Below, one piece after another: positions 37,447 to 47,495 of a stretch of 64,000 bases of DNA (within the stretch, counting starts at the first letter, position 1; the number at the start of each line of letters is the position of its first letter). This DNA is from a virus: IMG/VR virus record IMGVR_UViG_3300042505_000752, positions 1 to 64,000 of that record. One strand, given 5' to 3'. A program made the position numbers and the translations under genes. The notes under the pieces are model-generated. The model was not told the origin of the DNA. It was given only the letters and a program-made list of their open reading frames with translations, and ran no database searches.

Positions 37447-37737
37447 TTAGGCAGAACCACCGTGAATTGAAGTAAAAGTATTCAATGTAATCTTACCGAT
37501 AACAACTAACTCGGATTTAGAATTATTCAAAAATGCACAGATAACGGTGTCATTTACTGACGGTATGATTCCAGCCCCAGAGACAACACAGGGACCAAAA
37601 GCGTAACCTGGCGCAACGGCACGAAGTTCAACATATACCTGCGTATCAACAACGCGCCTAACTATCCCATAATGAATCCCGCCTTGAAAAGGTACGGAAA
37701 CAGCCTTATTTCTGGCTGTAAAGTTTGGATTCTGCAT
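37447..37737 (-). CDS. Baseplate spike-like OB-fold protein
   Basis: PSVNDTVICAFLNN...VIG motif; position after the hub gene. Confidence 0.55.
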   Translation of the reverse strand: MQNPNFTARNKAVSVPFQGGIHYGIVRRVVDTQVYVELRAVAPGYAFGPCVVSGAGIIPSVNDTVICAFLNNSKSELVVIGKITLNTFTSIHGGSA

Positions 37738-37742
37738 AGTTC

Positions 37743-39467
37743 CTACTCCTTAATGAGACCAGGGTAGTTTTGTCCAAATGATCTAGTTGAGTCATATGGT
37801 GGAATCAAAAGTTTTACAACACCTTCTTGGCGAACCGCCTTGTATATAAATGAATTCATGCCACCAGAGTAAGATTTTTTAATTTCATTGTATTTTTTTA
37901 TTTTTTCACTCTTGGTTGGCAAACCATAAATAGTACTTGCTAGTGTTTTTGCCTTGGCTTTCAAAGATTCCTTAGTTATTCCAGCAGCCTGAATCCACTG
38001 TCCATCTATGTAACTATCAATTAAAGTGTTAACCGCCGATGGATAAATCTGTTTAGGACCAAGCAAATTAGTGCCGCCACTTGCACCAGATGAATCAGTT
38101 GGACCTTTTGCTGGAGTTATAGTTGTTACACCAGAAGTAGTGGTAGAAATATACCCTTCTTTAATTTTGGCAAATGCATCAGCAGAAAGCCCTCCAGCAA
38201 CTGCGTATGTTCTCAGGGGAATACTAAACATGAATCCCCATAAAATATTCTCAGCCAAAGTCTTATCCGCGGCTGAAAGTTTTGTAGAAAAAGTTTTAAT
38301 AAGTGACTCAGCATTGGCGGGGTCGCCACCTTCAACTAAGTATTTAGCGGCTTTCATAACTGCATCTTGAATGAGATTTGCATTAGAGCCTCCGTACCTA
38401 TAATTTGCCAAAAAGTCTGTTACATACTTCTTAGAGTCGGTAGCATTAAGTTTTGAAAAATCAGTAGCAAATTTGTTTTCTTCATCAGTATCTGGACCGC
38501 CAATTCCGTTTTCGTCACCATTCCCGCCCGAGTTTGTAGTCTCTTTTTTTGTACCGTCAGTAGAGATATTTTCTTTATTTGGGTCAACTGGTGTGCGGAA
38601 CTGAACTTGGACAGGCTGAAAAGTACCCTCACTAAACTGAACATCACTAATTAAATAAAAGCCATCAAACCCATGCATCCCACCAAGAAAAATAGTCATA
38701 CCAGGCCTGAGTAAAACGCCGTTTGCCCTATCTACGGTCATTGAGCCAGAGGCAGCGCGAACATCATCATCTGAGCGACGCACTGTAGGCATGTCTAGAA
38801 GGACATATTTATCTATTGCTTCTGGAAGAAAATCAACTGTTGGTTCTGGCCAGATAAAAGGAATAAACTTTATATCGCCATAAGCAAACTTAGGGTCTCC
38901 CCATTTGCCAAGAAGCCATTTTTCCGAAGCATAAAAAAGAGTATTGTCAGATACAAAACAAACAAATTCCTGTTCGCCAGCAGCGCTTTGTAAAACACTC
39001 CAAACTGAGTCGTCAGTAGTACCGCTATTGGACTTGACCGTAGCCTGTTTTTTGGCATCTTTTTGCCCAACAAAGTTCATGTTGTATCGCAGTGCCATTC
39101 TTTGAGCAAGGTCATATCCCGAAATGCCGTTGAATGCTTCAGGTCGCTTGTCCCTTTTCATCAACTGAATAGCCTTTGAACGACAATCAAGTTGGTGCTT
39201 TGGATGTATGCCTTCACTTCTTGATGTTTCTACGGCTGCAATTTCAAAAAGCAATCCTTTATAAAAAGCATCTCGCCTAATTTGAAAATAATTAGCCTTA
39301 GCCATTCTGAAATCTGGGTCAATAACGCTTACTGAAACTTCAGATGACCCCGAAATAGTTAAAGAGATATTTAGTTCTGTTAGTGCTTGTACAATGTCCC
39401 TATTGGAAAATGTACCCAAGTCACCAAGACTGAATAAATTTATGTCAATGTTGTCAAAGTACGCCAT
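37743..39467 (-). CDS. Baseplate hub (gpD/gp27-like) with a C-terminal extension
   Basis: EFVCFVSDNTLFY and LRPGMTIFLGG...GFYLISDV; synteny. Confidence 0.65.
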   Translation of the reverse strand: MAYFDNIDINLFSLGDLGTFSNRDIVQALTELNISLTISGSSEVSVSVIDPDFRMAKANYFQIRRDAFYKGLLFEIAAVETSRSEGIHPKHQLDCRSKAIQLMKRDKRPEAFNGISGYDLAQRMALRYNMNFVGQKDAKKQATVKSNSGTTDDSVWSVLQSAAGEQEFVCFVSDNTLFYASEKWLLGKWGDPKFAYGDIKFIPFIWPEPTVDFLPEAIDKYVLLDMPTVRRSDDDVRAASGSMTVDRANGVLLRPGMTIFLGGMHGFDGFYLISDVQFSEGTFQPVQVQFRTPVDPNKENISTDGTKKETTNSGGNGDENGIGGPDTDEENKFATDFSKLNATDSKKYVTDFLANYRYGGSNANLIQDAVMKAAKYLVEGGDPANAESLIKTFSTKLSAADKTLAENILWGFMFSIPLRTYAVAGGLSADAFAKIKEGYISTTTSGVTTITPAKGPTDSSGASGGTNLLGPKQIYPSAVNTLIDSYIDGQWIQAAGITKESLKAKAKTLASTIYGLPTKSEKIKKYNEIKKSYSGGMNSFIYKAVRQEGVVKLLIPPYDSTRSFGQNYPGLIKE

Positions 39468-39469
39468 TA

Positions 39470-40216
39470 TCAGGTACCAGCATCTATATTGCCTGAAATT
39501 GCCCCACCGTAACTACTACTGTCACGAACAACTGTGTAATCCAAGAAGTCAGGAACTGGGTCTGGGTTGTCTTTTTTAGGAATATTAACAGTTGTGTTGT
39601 AGGTAATTGCAGGTAAATCAGCAACAACAACACTTGGGTTGACATTCTCAACTAATGTCATATTTGCTTCAGCAGCAGTGATCTGATTCTGTTCATTTCT
39701 ACGGATAGAACTAAAATTCAAGTCAGTGATAGACCAAAAAATGTTTTTAGATGCGTCTGTCGTGCCCATCGGATTAGAAATTTGTTTATCCATGTTTGTA
39801 AAAAATACAGGACGAGCAAGGTTTGCCATGTCAAACAATAATTCCAAATCATTATCAACTGATGTAAATAAGCCATCGTTAGGAACTGCAATTAGAAACT
39901 TGATAGACAACTGTCTTGACCTAAATCTACTGAATGCAACAATCGGCATTTTACCAGGACGAGAAATTTCCTGTAACTCTGGTCCAATATTTCCATATTG
40001 AATTTGCTGTGGAGTAAAAGGGAAAGTAAATGAAAGCATTGGTTGATTTTCATTACTTCTTGTTGCATGCATGGTAACGGGAACGGCATTTGCTGTATTC
40101 GTATAAAGAGTTTCAGTTAATGAAAGTCTGTCACGAACAAACCTCTTAACAGTCGTTGAAATAAAACGACGAGAATTGCTAGGTATAATAGATCGTAGGT
40201 CACTATTGGTTGCCAT
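39470..40216 (-). CDS. Tail tube initiator-like protein
   Basis: FPFTPQQIQY...RPGKMP motif; immediately after the tape measure gene. Confidence 0.6.
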   Translation of the reverse strand: MATNSDLRSIIPSNSRRFISTTVKRFVRDRLSLTETLYTNTANAVPVTMHATRSNENQPMLSFTFPFTPQQIQYGNIGPELQEISRPGKMPIVAFSRFRSRQLSIKFLIAVPNDGLFTSVDNDLELLFDMANLARPVFFTNMDKQISNPMGTTDASKNIFWSITDLNFSSIRRNEQNQITAAEANMTLVENVNPSVVVADLPAITYNTTVNIPKKDNPDPVPDFLDYTVVRDSSSYGGAISGNIDAGT

Positions 40217-40218
40217 AT

Positions 40219-43200
40219 TTAGTATCTTTCATTCCTTGAACGCTGAGCGCGCTCAATTTGATACATAACTTCTGAAGCCAGAGCATTGACATCCATATTT
40301 GGAGTGGCATTGATGACTAGATTAACCGTAGAGTTACTGCTTGAGGATGGAGCCATGATTGGAGCACCCATGTACGGAGTAGCCGTATCGCCAACAGGAC
40401 CATTTCCTGGTACGACATGAAGATGGCGGGCACTGCCATTGCCGTGGAATTCTGCAAATCCGCCAGCCTTATTGATTGCCTGACCGTATAGTCCAAGGTT
40501 TTGGCCAACGAGGTCATAGGCTCGTCCAGCGGCGTGATCTGAAGACATAGAGCCAAGAGCATTAGTTCTAAAGCCTGATGTCACTGTACGATTTCCTGCA
40601 ATCTGAGCATCAAATGCGGAGTGCTTACCCATTGTGTTGAGCATATTTCGGCGTGGGCTTGCTGTATCTCCGCCAAGTTCGTCAATAATCATTTGAGCGG
40701 CTGTATCAAACTTTCCTACCGCAGTAGTGAATGTGTCTCCAGAGTCGGTCCACTCAACCATGCCAAGTTGAAGTCCTTCAATTGTGCTTCGTAATTTTTC
40801 TTCATTCGTTGCTTGAAGAGTCAGAGTATTTGCAAATTCAGTATCTTTAAATGCCAATGCTACCTGTTCGTCGGCGGTTAAAGTACTCCCTGGCATAGCA
40901 CCATAAGGCGTAGCGGTTGTTGTTGGTACAAGGAATTCGCCAGAAGTTATCTTGCTAATTATTTCCATATATGCGCCCATGCCCTTTTCGGAAAGGACGC
41001 TATTCAGCATTGCTGTTATATCTTCAACACTTCCAGCCTGCATTCCAACACCAGCAAGACCAGAAACAAGGTTTTCGGCAGCGGCACCAGAAACTGCACC
41101 ACCCATTCCTCCAGTACCAAAGAAAGCATCCACGAGTGCTTGACCTTCGCCTTGGAATAATGAGCCACCAAGACCAGCCAAGACACCAGGTACTGCCTTG
41201 CCATCTTTTAAGCCTGTTGTGGTAAATTGTTTAGCACCTTCAAAACCAATATTGTTATATAAAGTCTGAAATGCCTTAAGTGGGTCTCCACCAGAAGCAA
41301 TTAGTTGTTCTTGTGCTAATGCTTCAAGAAGTGCTGCTTGATCTTCTGTTGTGACCGTACCAGCCAATGCTTTTTCACGGAAGGACCGAGTTACCTCATT
41401 GGCAACCTTGGGAGCATTAAGAATTTCTAAAGTTTTTCTAATGTTACTAACAGCCTCTGAATATGCATCTGTTAGGTAATTTTTTAAGTCATCGCCAAAA
41501 CGCATGGTTGCGATACCAGTAGCGGCAAGAACATCCTGAAGACTTAGAAGTCCATTGCCCAATGAAATCTCTGCGGAGTTTGCTAGTTTTGTAATTTCCT
41601 CGCTTGTCAAACCACTAATTTTACCCAAGTCTGCAAAGCGAGATTCCATCAACTTGAGTCCGCCCTCAAGTGATGCTCTTTGTTCATTCCACTTTTTTGT
41701 TGCTTCTTTAAGTGCGGTGCCACTCTTTATCTGTAGATCAGCCATTTTCTGAGCGTTTGAACCAAATTGATCAAATGCTTTTCGGGCTGTAGCAACATTA
41801 TTCTCGCTCAGAGCAGTATTTATGATCCCCGAATATGCTGTAACAAACTTTTGAGCGGCTTGCTTTGCTTCTTTTTTATACTTGGAATCCTTCATGAATC
41901 CAGTGTATGCACCAACAAGAGAACCAAGAACCGCACCGACTGCAGCGCCGATTGCAGTTCCAAATACTGGGACAATTGAACCAATAGCCGCACCAGTCAA
42001 TGCGCCACCAAGAGCGCCAGTAGTAGCGCCAGTTGCGGTAGCAAGATACCTATTCCCACCAGTCTTTCTGTAGGCATAATCTGATACTTCACTAGCGGCT
42101 GATTGGGTAAGTACTGCCCCACCAACACCAATAGCACCAACGGCACCCATTTTACCAGCAGACATGCCACCGATACCTTTAGGTAACATGCCTGCTAATT
42201 GCAAGCCCGCCGCGCCACCAATAATTGTTCCGCTCACTGAGTCTTTAATAATGTCAGGAGTGTCTCCCATTAAGTAGTTTGCACCAATTCCAGCACCAAT
42301 ACCTATACCGAGTTTGGAAGTAAGCATATTCTTTGCATGCTTTCCTATAAATCCTCTAGCACCTTTTGCCTTCTTTCCGTCCCCAAGTAAAAACATTGGA
42401 GCAGCGGCGGCAAGAAGTCCTAAAGATCCTCCAAACCCTCTTCCTGAAAGACCCTTAATCATAGAACTAACACCACCAACAATTGTTGAGATAATGTTTG
42501 CAAAAATCGTAAGAGTTGGAAGTGCTTCCATAAAAGCAATACGAATAGCACTGAATAACTCAAAAATCTTGGAAATTAGTTTTTCAATAGAGTCACCAAA
42601 CTTTAAAAAACTACTTTCGTTTTTTACAATACTTTCTCCAAATGTTTCAAAGTTCTTCTTAAGACCACTACCAAGCGCCTTGATAATTCCACCAAGGAAC
42701 TTATTAATAATTTTACTAGCAGCACTAAATCTTTGCAGATACGCAGTAAAAGAACCAAAGGCTGATTTTACCTTATCCCAGAATGATGAAAAGCCTTTAA
42801 AGAAACCTTGAGACTTAGGAACATAATCCTGCATCAACTGAACTAAGAATCTTGAAACTGTATCTATACCCTTGACAACATTGTCTAAAAGTCCGCCTTT
42901 TGCGTAGTCGGCAAGGAGAGGACTAATTGCGGTAAAGGTCCGAACCATGATGCGTCGGATTTCTTCAAACGCAACTTGAACGGGTTGAATAAATTGAGCA
43001 CCAAGGTCGCCAAACATGACCTGCATTTGAGTAATAAAGGATTTGAACTGACCCAAGAGTGATCCTTGGACTGCTTGAGAAGCACCAGAGATGCCAGCCT
43101 TTTGCGCAAATTCACCAGACGAGAACATCTTAATGAGTTCTGCACTTGTCATCTTTCCGCCAGCAATCATCTCCTTGTAAGTCTTTTCAAACTCAGGACC

Positions 43201-43998
43201 GATTTCTTTGGCAGCGCCAGTAACTTTTGAACTACTTAGTTCTTCACCCTTTTGGATAAGGGAAATGATGTTTGCTAGCGCACTTGCACCTTTTTCAACA
43301 TCCCCAGATGCGTAAGCGAAGTCAAGTAATCCAGCCAATGCACCACTCGTTGCGCCAGTGACTTTTGAGTTTTTTGAAGCGGCTGCAAAAGCCTGAGTAA
43401 GACCCTTCATGCCAACCTCAGCAAGACGAGCATCCCCCGTCATTCCCCGTAGGGCGGCGCTAGAGGCTTTATAGTCCCCACCATAGCGACCTGTGGCTTG
43501 AGCGGCTACGAACTGACGCTGAGCGGCGGCTACTGTTGCTAGGGCGATAGCGGCAACTGCAGCGCCCTTGGCTAGGGCAGATAATGCAACTTGGTATGAC
43601 TTAGCGGCAAATTTACCAATTGCTAACAAGCCGTTGACCGAAGATAATGCCAGCGCAAGACCAGCAGTTTCAATTGCCGCGCCAATCATGGCAAATTTGT
43701 AAGTCGTCTTTAGAATGCCTGCTAGACCTTTTCCTGCCTTGCCTGCTTTTTTAAATCCATTCCCAGCACCATCTGCGTCTTTTCCTAATTTTTGAGTGCT
43801 TTTACCCGCCTTAACAGCAGAGTCGTCAAGATCGTTTAAAGCATCTCCAAATTTTCCAGTTTTGATGCCAGCATTCTGTAATTGAGCGTTAACGAGTTTT
43901 GCCTTGGCAGCAAGTGCTAGGAGTTTGCGTTCTACCTTGTCAATGCCGCCTGTATTAGCATCGGTATCAATTTTTATAGTGACTTGCTCGCGAGCCAT
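40219..43998 (-). CDS. Tape measure protein with a C-terminal M15-like peptidase motif
   Basis: 1259 aa, Ala/Gly-rich and helical, after the chaperone genes. SDHAAGRAYD...HLHV near the C-terminus. Confidence 0.9.
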   Translation of the reverse strand: MAREQVTIKIDTDANTGGIDKVERKLLALAAKAKLVNAQLQNAGIKTGKFGDALNDLDDSAVKAGKSTQKLGKDADGAGNGFKKAGKAGKGLAGILKTTYKFAMIGAAIETAGLALALSSVNGLLAIGKFAAKSYQVALSALAKGAAVAAIALATVAAAQRQFVAAQATGRYGGDYKASSAALRGMTGDARLAEVGMKGLTQAFAAASKNSKVTGATSGALAGLLDFAYASGDVEKGASALANIISLIQKGEELSSSKVTGAAKEIGPEFEKTYKEMIAGGKMTSAELIKMFSSGEFAQKAGISGASQAVQGSLLGQFKSFITQMQVMFGDLGAQFIQPVQVAFEEIRRIMVRTFTAISPLLADYAKGGLLDNVVKGIDTVSRFLVQLMQDYVPKSQGFFKGFSSFWDKVKSAFGSFTAYLQRFSAASKIINKFLGGIIKALGSGLKKNFETFGESIVKNESSFLKFGDSIEKLISKIFELFSAIRIAFMEALPTLTIFANIISTIVGGVSSMIKGLSGRGFGGSLGLLAAAAPMFLLGDGKKAKGARGFIGKHAKNMLTSKLGIGIGAGIGANYLMGDTPDIIKDSVSGTIIGGAAGLQLAGMLPKGIGGMSAGKMGAVGAIGVGGAVLTQSAASEVSDYAYRKTGGNRYLATATGATTGALGGALTGAAIGSIVPVFGTAIGAAVGAVLGSLVGAYTGFMKDSKYKKEAKQAAQKFVTAYSGIINTALSENNVATARKAFDQFGSNAQKMADLQIKSGTALKEATKKWNEQRASLEGGLKLMESRFADLGKISGLTSEEITKLANSAEISLGNGLLSLQDVLAATGIATMRFGDDLKNYLTDAYSEAVSNIRKTLEILNAPKVANEVTRSFREKALAGTVTTEDQAALLEALAQEQLIASGGDPLKAFQTLYNNIGFEGAKQFTTTGLKDGKAVPGVLAGLGGSLFQGEGQALVDAFFGTGGMGGAVSGAAAENLVSGLAGVGMQAGSVEDITAMLNSVLSEKGMGAYMEIISKITSGEFLVPTTTATPYGAMPGSTLTADEQVALAFKDTEFANTLTLQATNEEKLRSTIEGLQLGMVEWTDSGDTFTTAVGKFDTAAQMIIDELGGDTASPRRNMLNTMGKHSAFDAQIAGNRTVTSGFRTNALGSMSSDHAAGRAYDLVGQNLGLYGQAINKAGGFAEFHGNGSARHLHVVPGNGPVGDTATPYMGAPIMAPSSSSNSTVNLVINATPNMDVNALASEVMYQIERAQRSRNERY

Positions 43999-44031
43999 TG
44001 GTACCTCAACTAAAGTTTGAAGGCTGTAAAA

Positions 44032-44226
44032 CTATTTGTTCTTATTCATTTTACGCTCTTGTTCAGCCCTATCAGCCTCAATAACTTTAGCACATGCATA
44101 CCTAATAACCCATTCTTCATCAGAACAGTTAAGTAATTGTATAGGGTCAGTCCCCCATAGTTCGCCAAGTCTAGCGGCTGCAACAATCCGCCCGTCCGAG
44201 ACTAGAAAGTCTAGGACATCTTCGTA
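44032..44226 (-). CDS. Frameshift extension of the tail assembly chaperone (GT form)
   Basis: 64-codon -1 frame with no plausible start codon of its own, entered at GGACCCT: YEDVLDFLVSDGRIVAAARLGELWGTDPIQLL... Confidence 0.7.
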   Translation of the reverse strand, partial: YEDVLDFLVSDGRIVAAARLGELWGTDPIQLLNCSDEEWVIRYACAKVIEADRAEQERKMNKNK

Positions 44227-44726
44227 GGGTCCACCGTCTCAACGGTGTCTGAATACCCCGCCGCCTCTAGGATTGCTAGAGCCGCCCCTTCAACATGGGG
44301 GTCAATGCCGAAGAAGGCACGGACACAATCTGGAACTGGACGAGTCGTGCTAGTCATCTGGAGAATGGCTTCCGAGGCAAAAGTAAGACCAACACCATCC
44401 TCATTGACTACTTGCTCTCCATTAATGAAGATTCCCGTGCAGGTATGACCAACCACAAAAGCGGCAAAGCGAGTTGCATCCATACCATTTTTGGTATCTT
44501 CACCAGCGTTTTTACGCCATGAACGAAGTTGGTGCTGTGTAATGTTTGGCGAAACCTGAACAGTTACACCGGGGCGTTCTGGGACTTCAATAAATACTGA
44601 ATCCCGTTCAACCTTTTTGGTAATTACTTCTTTTAGTTGTTCCAAAACGCTAGGAGGCTTAACATCCTTGACGACTTGCTTTTTAGGGGTGTTATCTTCT
44701 GAAATGGTGAAAATATCGTTGCTCAT
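44211..44726 (-). CDS. Tail assembly chaperone (G form)
   Basis: Lies between the tube and tape measure genes and ends VDPTKMS. Confidence 0.8.
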   Translation of the reverse strand: MSNDIFTISEDNTPKKQVVKDVKPPSVLEQLKEVITKKVERDSVFIEVPERPGVTVQVSPNITQHQLRSWRKNAGEDTKNGMDATRFAAFVVGHTCTGIFINGEQVVNEDGVGLTFASEAILQMTSTTRPVPDCVRAFFGIDPHVEGAALAILEAAGYSDTVETVDPTKMS

Positions 44727-44743
44727 GTTTTGAACCCTAGCAT

Positions 44744-44773
44744 GAAAGAAGGAGCACCTAGTGGTACTCCTTC
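44744..44773 (-). terminator. Intrinsic terminator after the tail tube gene
   Basis: GAAGGAGUAC/GUGCUCCUUC stem followed by UUUC on the minus strand. Confidence 0.6.
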
Positions 44774-44799
44774 AGTCAAAACAATTATTGAATTTTTAT

Positions 44800-45273
44800 T
44801 TAACCTGTAGTGGTTGCGCTAATCACACTCTGAATGCTGAAGGTCAAAGAATAAGTAGACGGAGCACCAGAAGCGGCATCACCATCAGGCTCGGTCAAGC
44901 CGACCAGCAACGCCTTGGAGTAGGTTCGCTGAAGTTCTGGGATGGCAACATTGCAGTTCAATTCGTCAATCTGAATGTCGTAATAAGCACGACCAACCAT
45001 CTGACGAATCCCACCAAGGAAAGATCCGTCAATGTCTGAGTCATAGTGGCGAGTTACCGTGATGTCACCAATTTCCGCAGGAGCACAAAGCACTTCGGGG
45101 AACAACTTTCCACCGATGTAAACTTTTTCAACTGAAGCGGTAATTTCACCACCAGTTACCTGTGCGTAATAAACAAGGTCACCATCTGCGCCAGGGGAAG
45201 GAGGTGTCTCAATATTTCCTGACGATGATGGGCTAATTGATGCAACAATTTGCCTCTGCGCGATTTTGCTCAT
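44800..45273 (-). CDS. Tail tube protein
   Basis: 157 aa directly after the sheath gene; GDITVTRHYD motif. Confidence 0.8.
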   Translation of the reverse strand: MSKIAQRQIVASISPSSSGNIETPPSPGADGDLVYYAQVTGGEITASVEKVYIGGKLFPEVLCAPAEIGDITVTRHYDSDIDGSFLGGIRQMVGRAYYDIQIDELNCNVAIPELQRTYSKALLVGLTEPDGDAASGAPSTYSLTFSIQSVISATTTG

Positions 45274-45292
45274 AGTTGTTCCTTGCTCCTTA

Positions 45293-46750
45293 TCAGACTA
45301 CTGATGCTGTGAGATTTGACTTAGTGACATCAACCTGAATCTGGTCACCAATGCTAGAAATACGGACTCCGACCTTAGCCTTGACTAAACCGCCAGCCAA
45401 TTGCGAAAGCGGGTTAATGGCATCGCTAACAACAACAGAGTAACCGTAGTCAATGCGACGACCAGTACCATCAAATGCCTCATACAACCCACCAGCAATA
45501 CGGATGGGTTCCAACATGGCGACAAGGCGACCCTTGACACGAGTAAACAAGGCAGAACGACCATCAATTGGTGAGAAAATCAAGTCTTCCAGAACTGACT
45601 CTGATTGAACAACAATAAAGTTGAGCATTTCGCGAGCGTTCAAGAAGCGATAGTTATCTTCATCATTGGATACCGAGCGAGCGCCATAGACGCGAACACG
45701 ACCACCAATGATGCGCAAAGTGTTAACTCGCGACTCATCCAAGGTGTTGCTAATCGTCTTGGTTACCGTATCGTTCAATCCAGTCAACCAGCGCGATTCC
45801 GAAATAACACCAGCGTAAGCCGCCCAAGAACCAGTACGGTTGTGGGCAATTGAACGCTTGGCGGCTACGAAACCTTCTGGCGAAATGACAATAGCGGTGT
45901 CATCGTCACGAGTTGCCTTGACCCATGGCCAGAACAGGCCACCATATTCTGCGTAAGCAGAGGCAGAAAGTGTGCTTGTGGCATGCGTTGCCGCTTGGGT
46001 TGAAGTGTAGTTAGAAGGTGTTGACAAAATTGCCATGCGGTGATTTTCATAGCAATGGGTGAGCATTAACAAATGAACCGATCCAATATTTGCACTAGTC
46101 ACAAAACCTGGCATTGAAAGAGCGCCAGCACCAAGATCGTATCCAAAATCGGCCATAGCGTCTGTCCAGTTGGCATCCACGATGGTTGCAACTTTGTCAT
46201 CACCAGCACTGAATGCCAATGGGCTTGCTACATCAACAAATGCTCCACCATTGGCGACTGCCGTGATGTATTTTGCTGCCGTGGCGCTACTGTTGATCTT
46301 ATTTACAAGAGCAGCGGCTGTTGCCGCTTCTCCAGAAGCATAAACAAGTTCACCACTCAAATACAACTTAAGTGTTTTTCCACTACCAATACTAGTGATA
46401 GTTGCCGTGAGGTTACTTGACCATGAGCCTTCGCCAACAGCAGTGAGTGTGAGTGCGGGAGTAGAGGCTGGCAAAGCACGAACGCCAGCGGTTGCTGATG
46501 CTCCTACAACTCGCGAAACATAAACCTGTGCTCCACCTTCTTCAAAGAAGGTCTGCACTTGCTGATGCACAACTCCAGTTGAAATATAACCACCATAGAT
46601 TGATTCGTAGTCGGAAAGACTAGTTACCAGTTGCGATCCGCTAGACGAACCGCGCTCCGTGATTCCAACAACAAACCAAGTAGAGGTTGGCGATTGGTTG
46701 ATTGTACTCGGTCCTGTTCGGACTGATGTGTTGACTACGATTCCGGGCAT
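45293..46750 (-). CDS. Contractile tail sheath protein
   Basis: MPGIVVNT start after GGAGG; YGGLFWPW, RVYGARS and YRFLNAREML. Confidence 0.92.
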   Translation of the reverse strand: MPGIVVNTSVRTGPSTINQSPTSTWFVVGITERGSSSGSQLVTSLSDYESIYGGYISTGVVHQQVQTFFEEGGAQVYVSRVVGASATAGVRALPASTPALTLTAVGEGSWSSNLTATITSIGSGKTLKLYLSGELVYASGEAATAAALVNKINSSATAAKYITAVANGGAFVDVASPLAFSAGDDKVATIVDANWTDAMADFGYDLGAGALSMPGFVTSANIGSVHLLMLTHCYENHRMAILSTPSNYTSTQAATHATSTLSASAYAEYGGLFWPWVKATRDDDTAIVISPEGFVAAKRSIAHNRTGSWAAYAGVISESRWLTGLNDTVTKTISNTLDESRVNTLRIIGGRVRVYGARSVSNDEDNYRFLNAREMLNFIVVQSESVLEDLIFSPIDGRSALFTRVKGRLVAMLEPIRIAGGLYEAFDGTGRRIDYGYSVVVSDAINPLSQLAGGLVKAKVGVRISSIGDQIQVDVTKSNLTASVV

Positions 46751-46800
46751 CGTGCCTTCCTCCGCTCCCATAACTTGGGACTAAGTTCATGACTTTATGA

Positions 46801-46849
46801 AGTATACCTGGTCTAATGCCTATATTTTGAACAGGTGAAACTTACCTGT
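46801..46849 (-). promoter_or_regulatory. Sheath-operon promoter with an upstream inverted repeat
   Basis: TATACT -10 at 46801-46806 and ACAGGT-N7-ACCTGT at 46831-46849. Confidence 0.4.
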
Positions 46850-46892
46850 AACTATTGTGACCGATTATTGCTATATCCTAGTGGAACAACTG

Positions 46893-47495
46893 TTATATAT
46901 TGTCAAAAGTTTCTTGAATAGCAACATCTACGACTTCTGTTTCTATGCTCGTTGCGCTTGGTGCGATAACTGGAATACGGCTTGTTTCTACGATTGTTAC
47001 CGTATATCCAAGATAAGCGCCAGCCATAACTCGCTCTCCCTTGATAAGTGTAAGTTCTGAATATTCTTCACGAATACTTGATTCGTCAATCATTACTTCT
47101 AAACCCTCCGAATCCCCACACTGATTGAGTGATGGACCATCAAGAATGGCAGAGCGTAAAACTGTTATCAATCGGTCTCTTTTAAGTGTTGCAAGATCAC
47201 TTTGGTCATCTTTTACCCAAATATATGTTCTCATTGTGTAGGCGACACTAAATCTAGGGTCATATAGGCGCGTATAGTCGGTTCGCTCCAAGCCATCCAT
47301 TGAAATTGCCACGGTAATTAAAGTAGGCCATGCGTCAATTGCTACAGGTTCGTAGGCTAGGTACTTTTTCGGCTCAGGAAGTTCTTCATCATCAAGGTTC
47401 CAAGCATTACGATATTTAATAAGCCTATCTGGTAAATCAGATTCTAGATATAAATTGACAAATTCTTTTGCCTTATGGGGTCCCTGCATCGTCAT
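46893..47495 (-). CDS. Tail terminator/completion protein
   Basis: Position between the neck and sheath genes. Confidence 0.55.
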   Translation of the reverse strand: MTMQGPHKAKEFVNLYLESDLPDRLIKYRNAWNLDDEELPEPKKYLAYEPVAIDAWPTLITVAISMDGLERTDYTRLYDPRFSVAYTMRTYIWVKDDQSDLATLKRDRLITVLRSAILDGPSLNQCGDSEGLEVMIDESSIREEYSELTLIKGERVMAGAYLGYTVTIVETSRIPVIAPSATSIETEVVDVAIQETFDNI

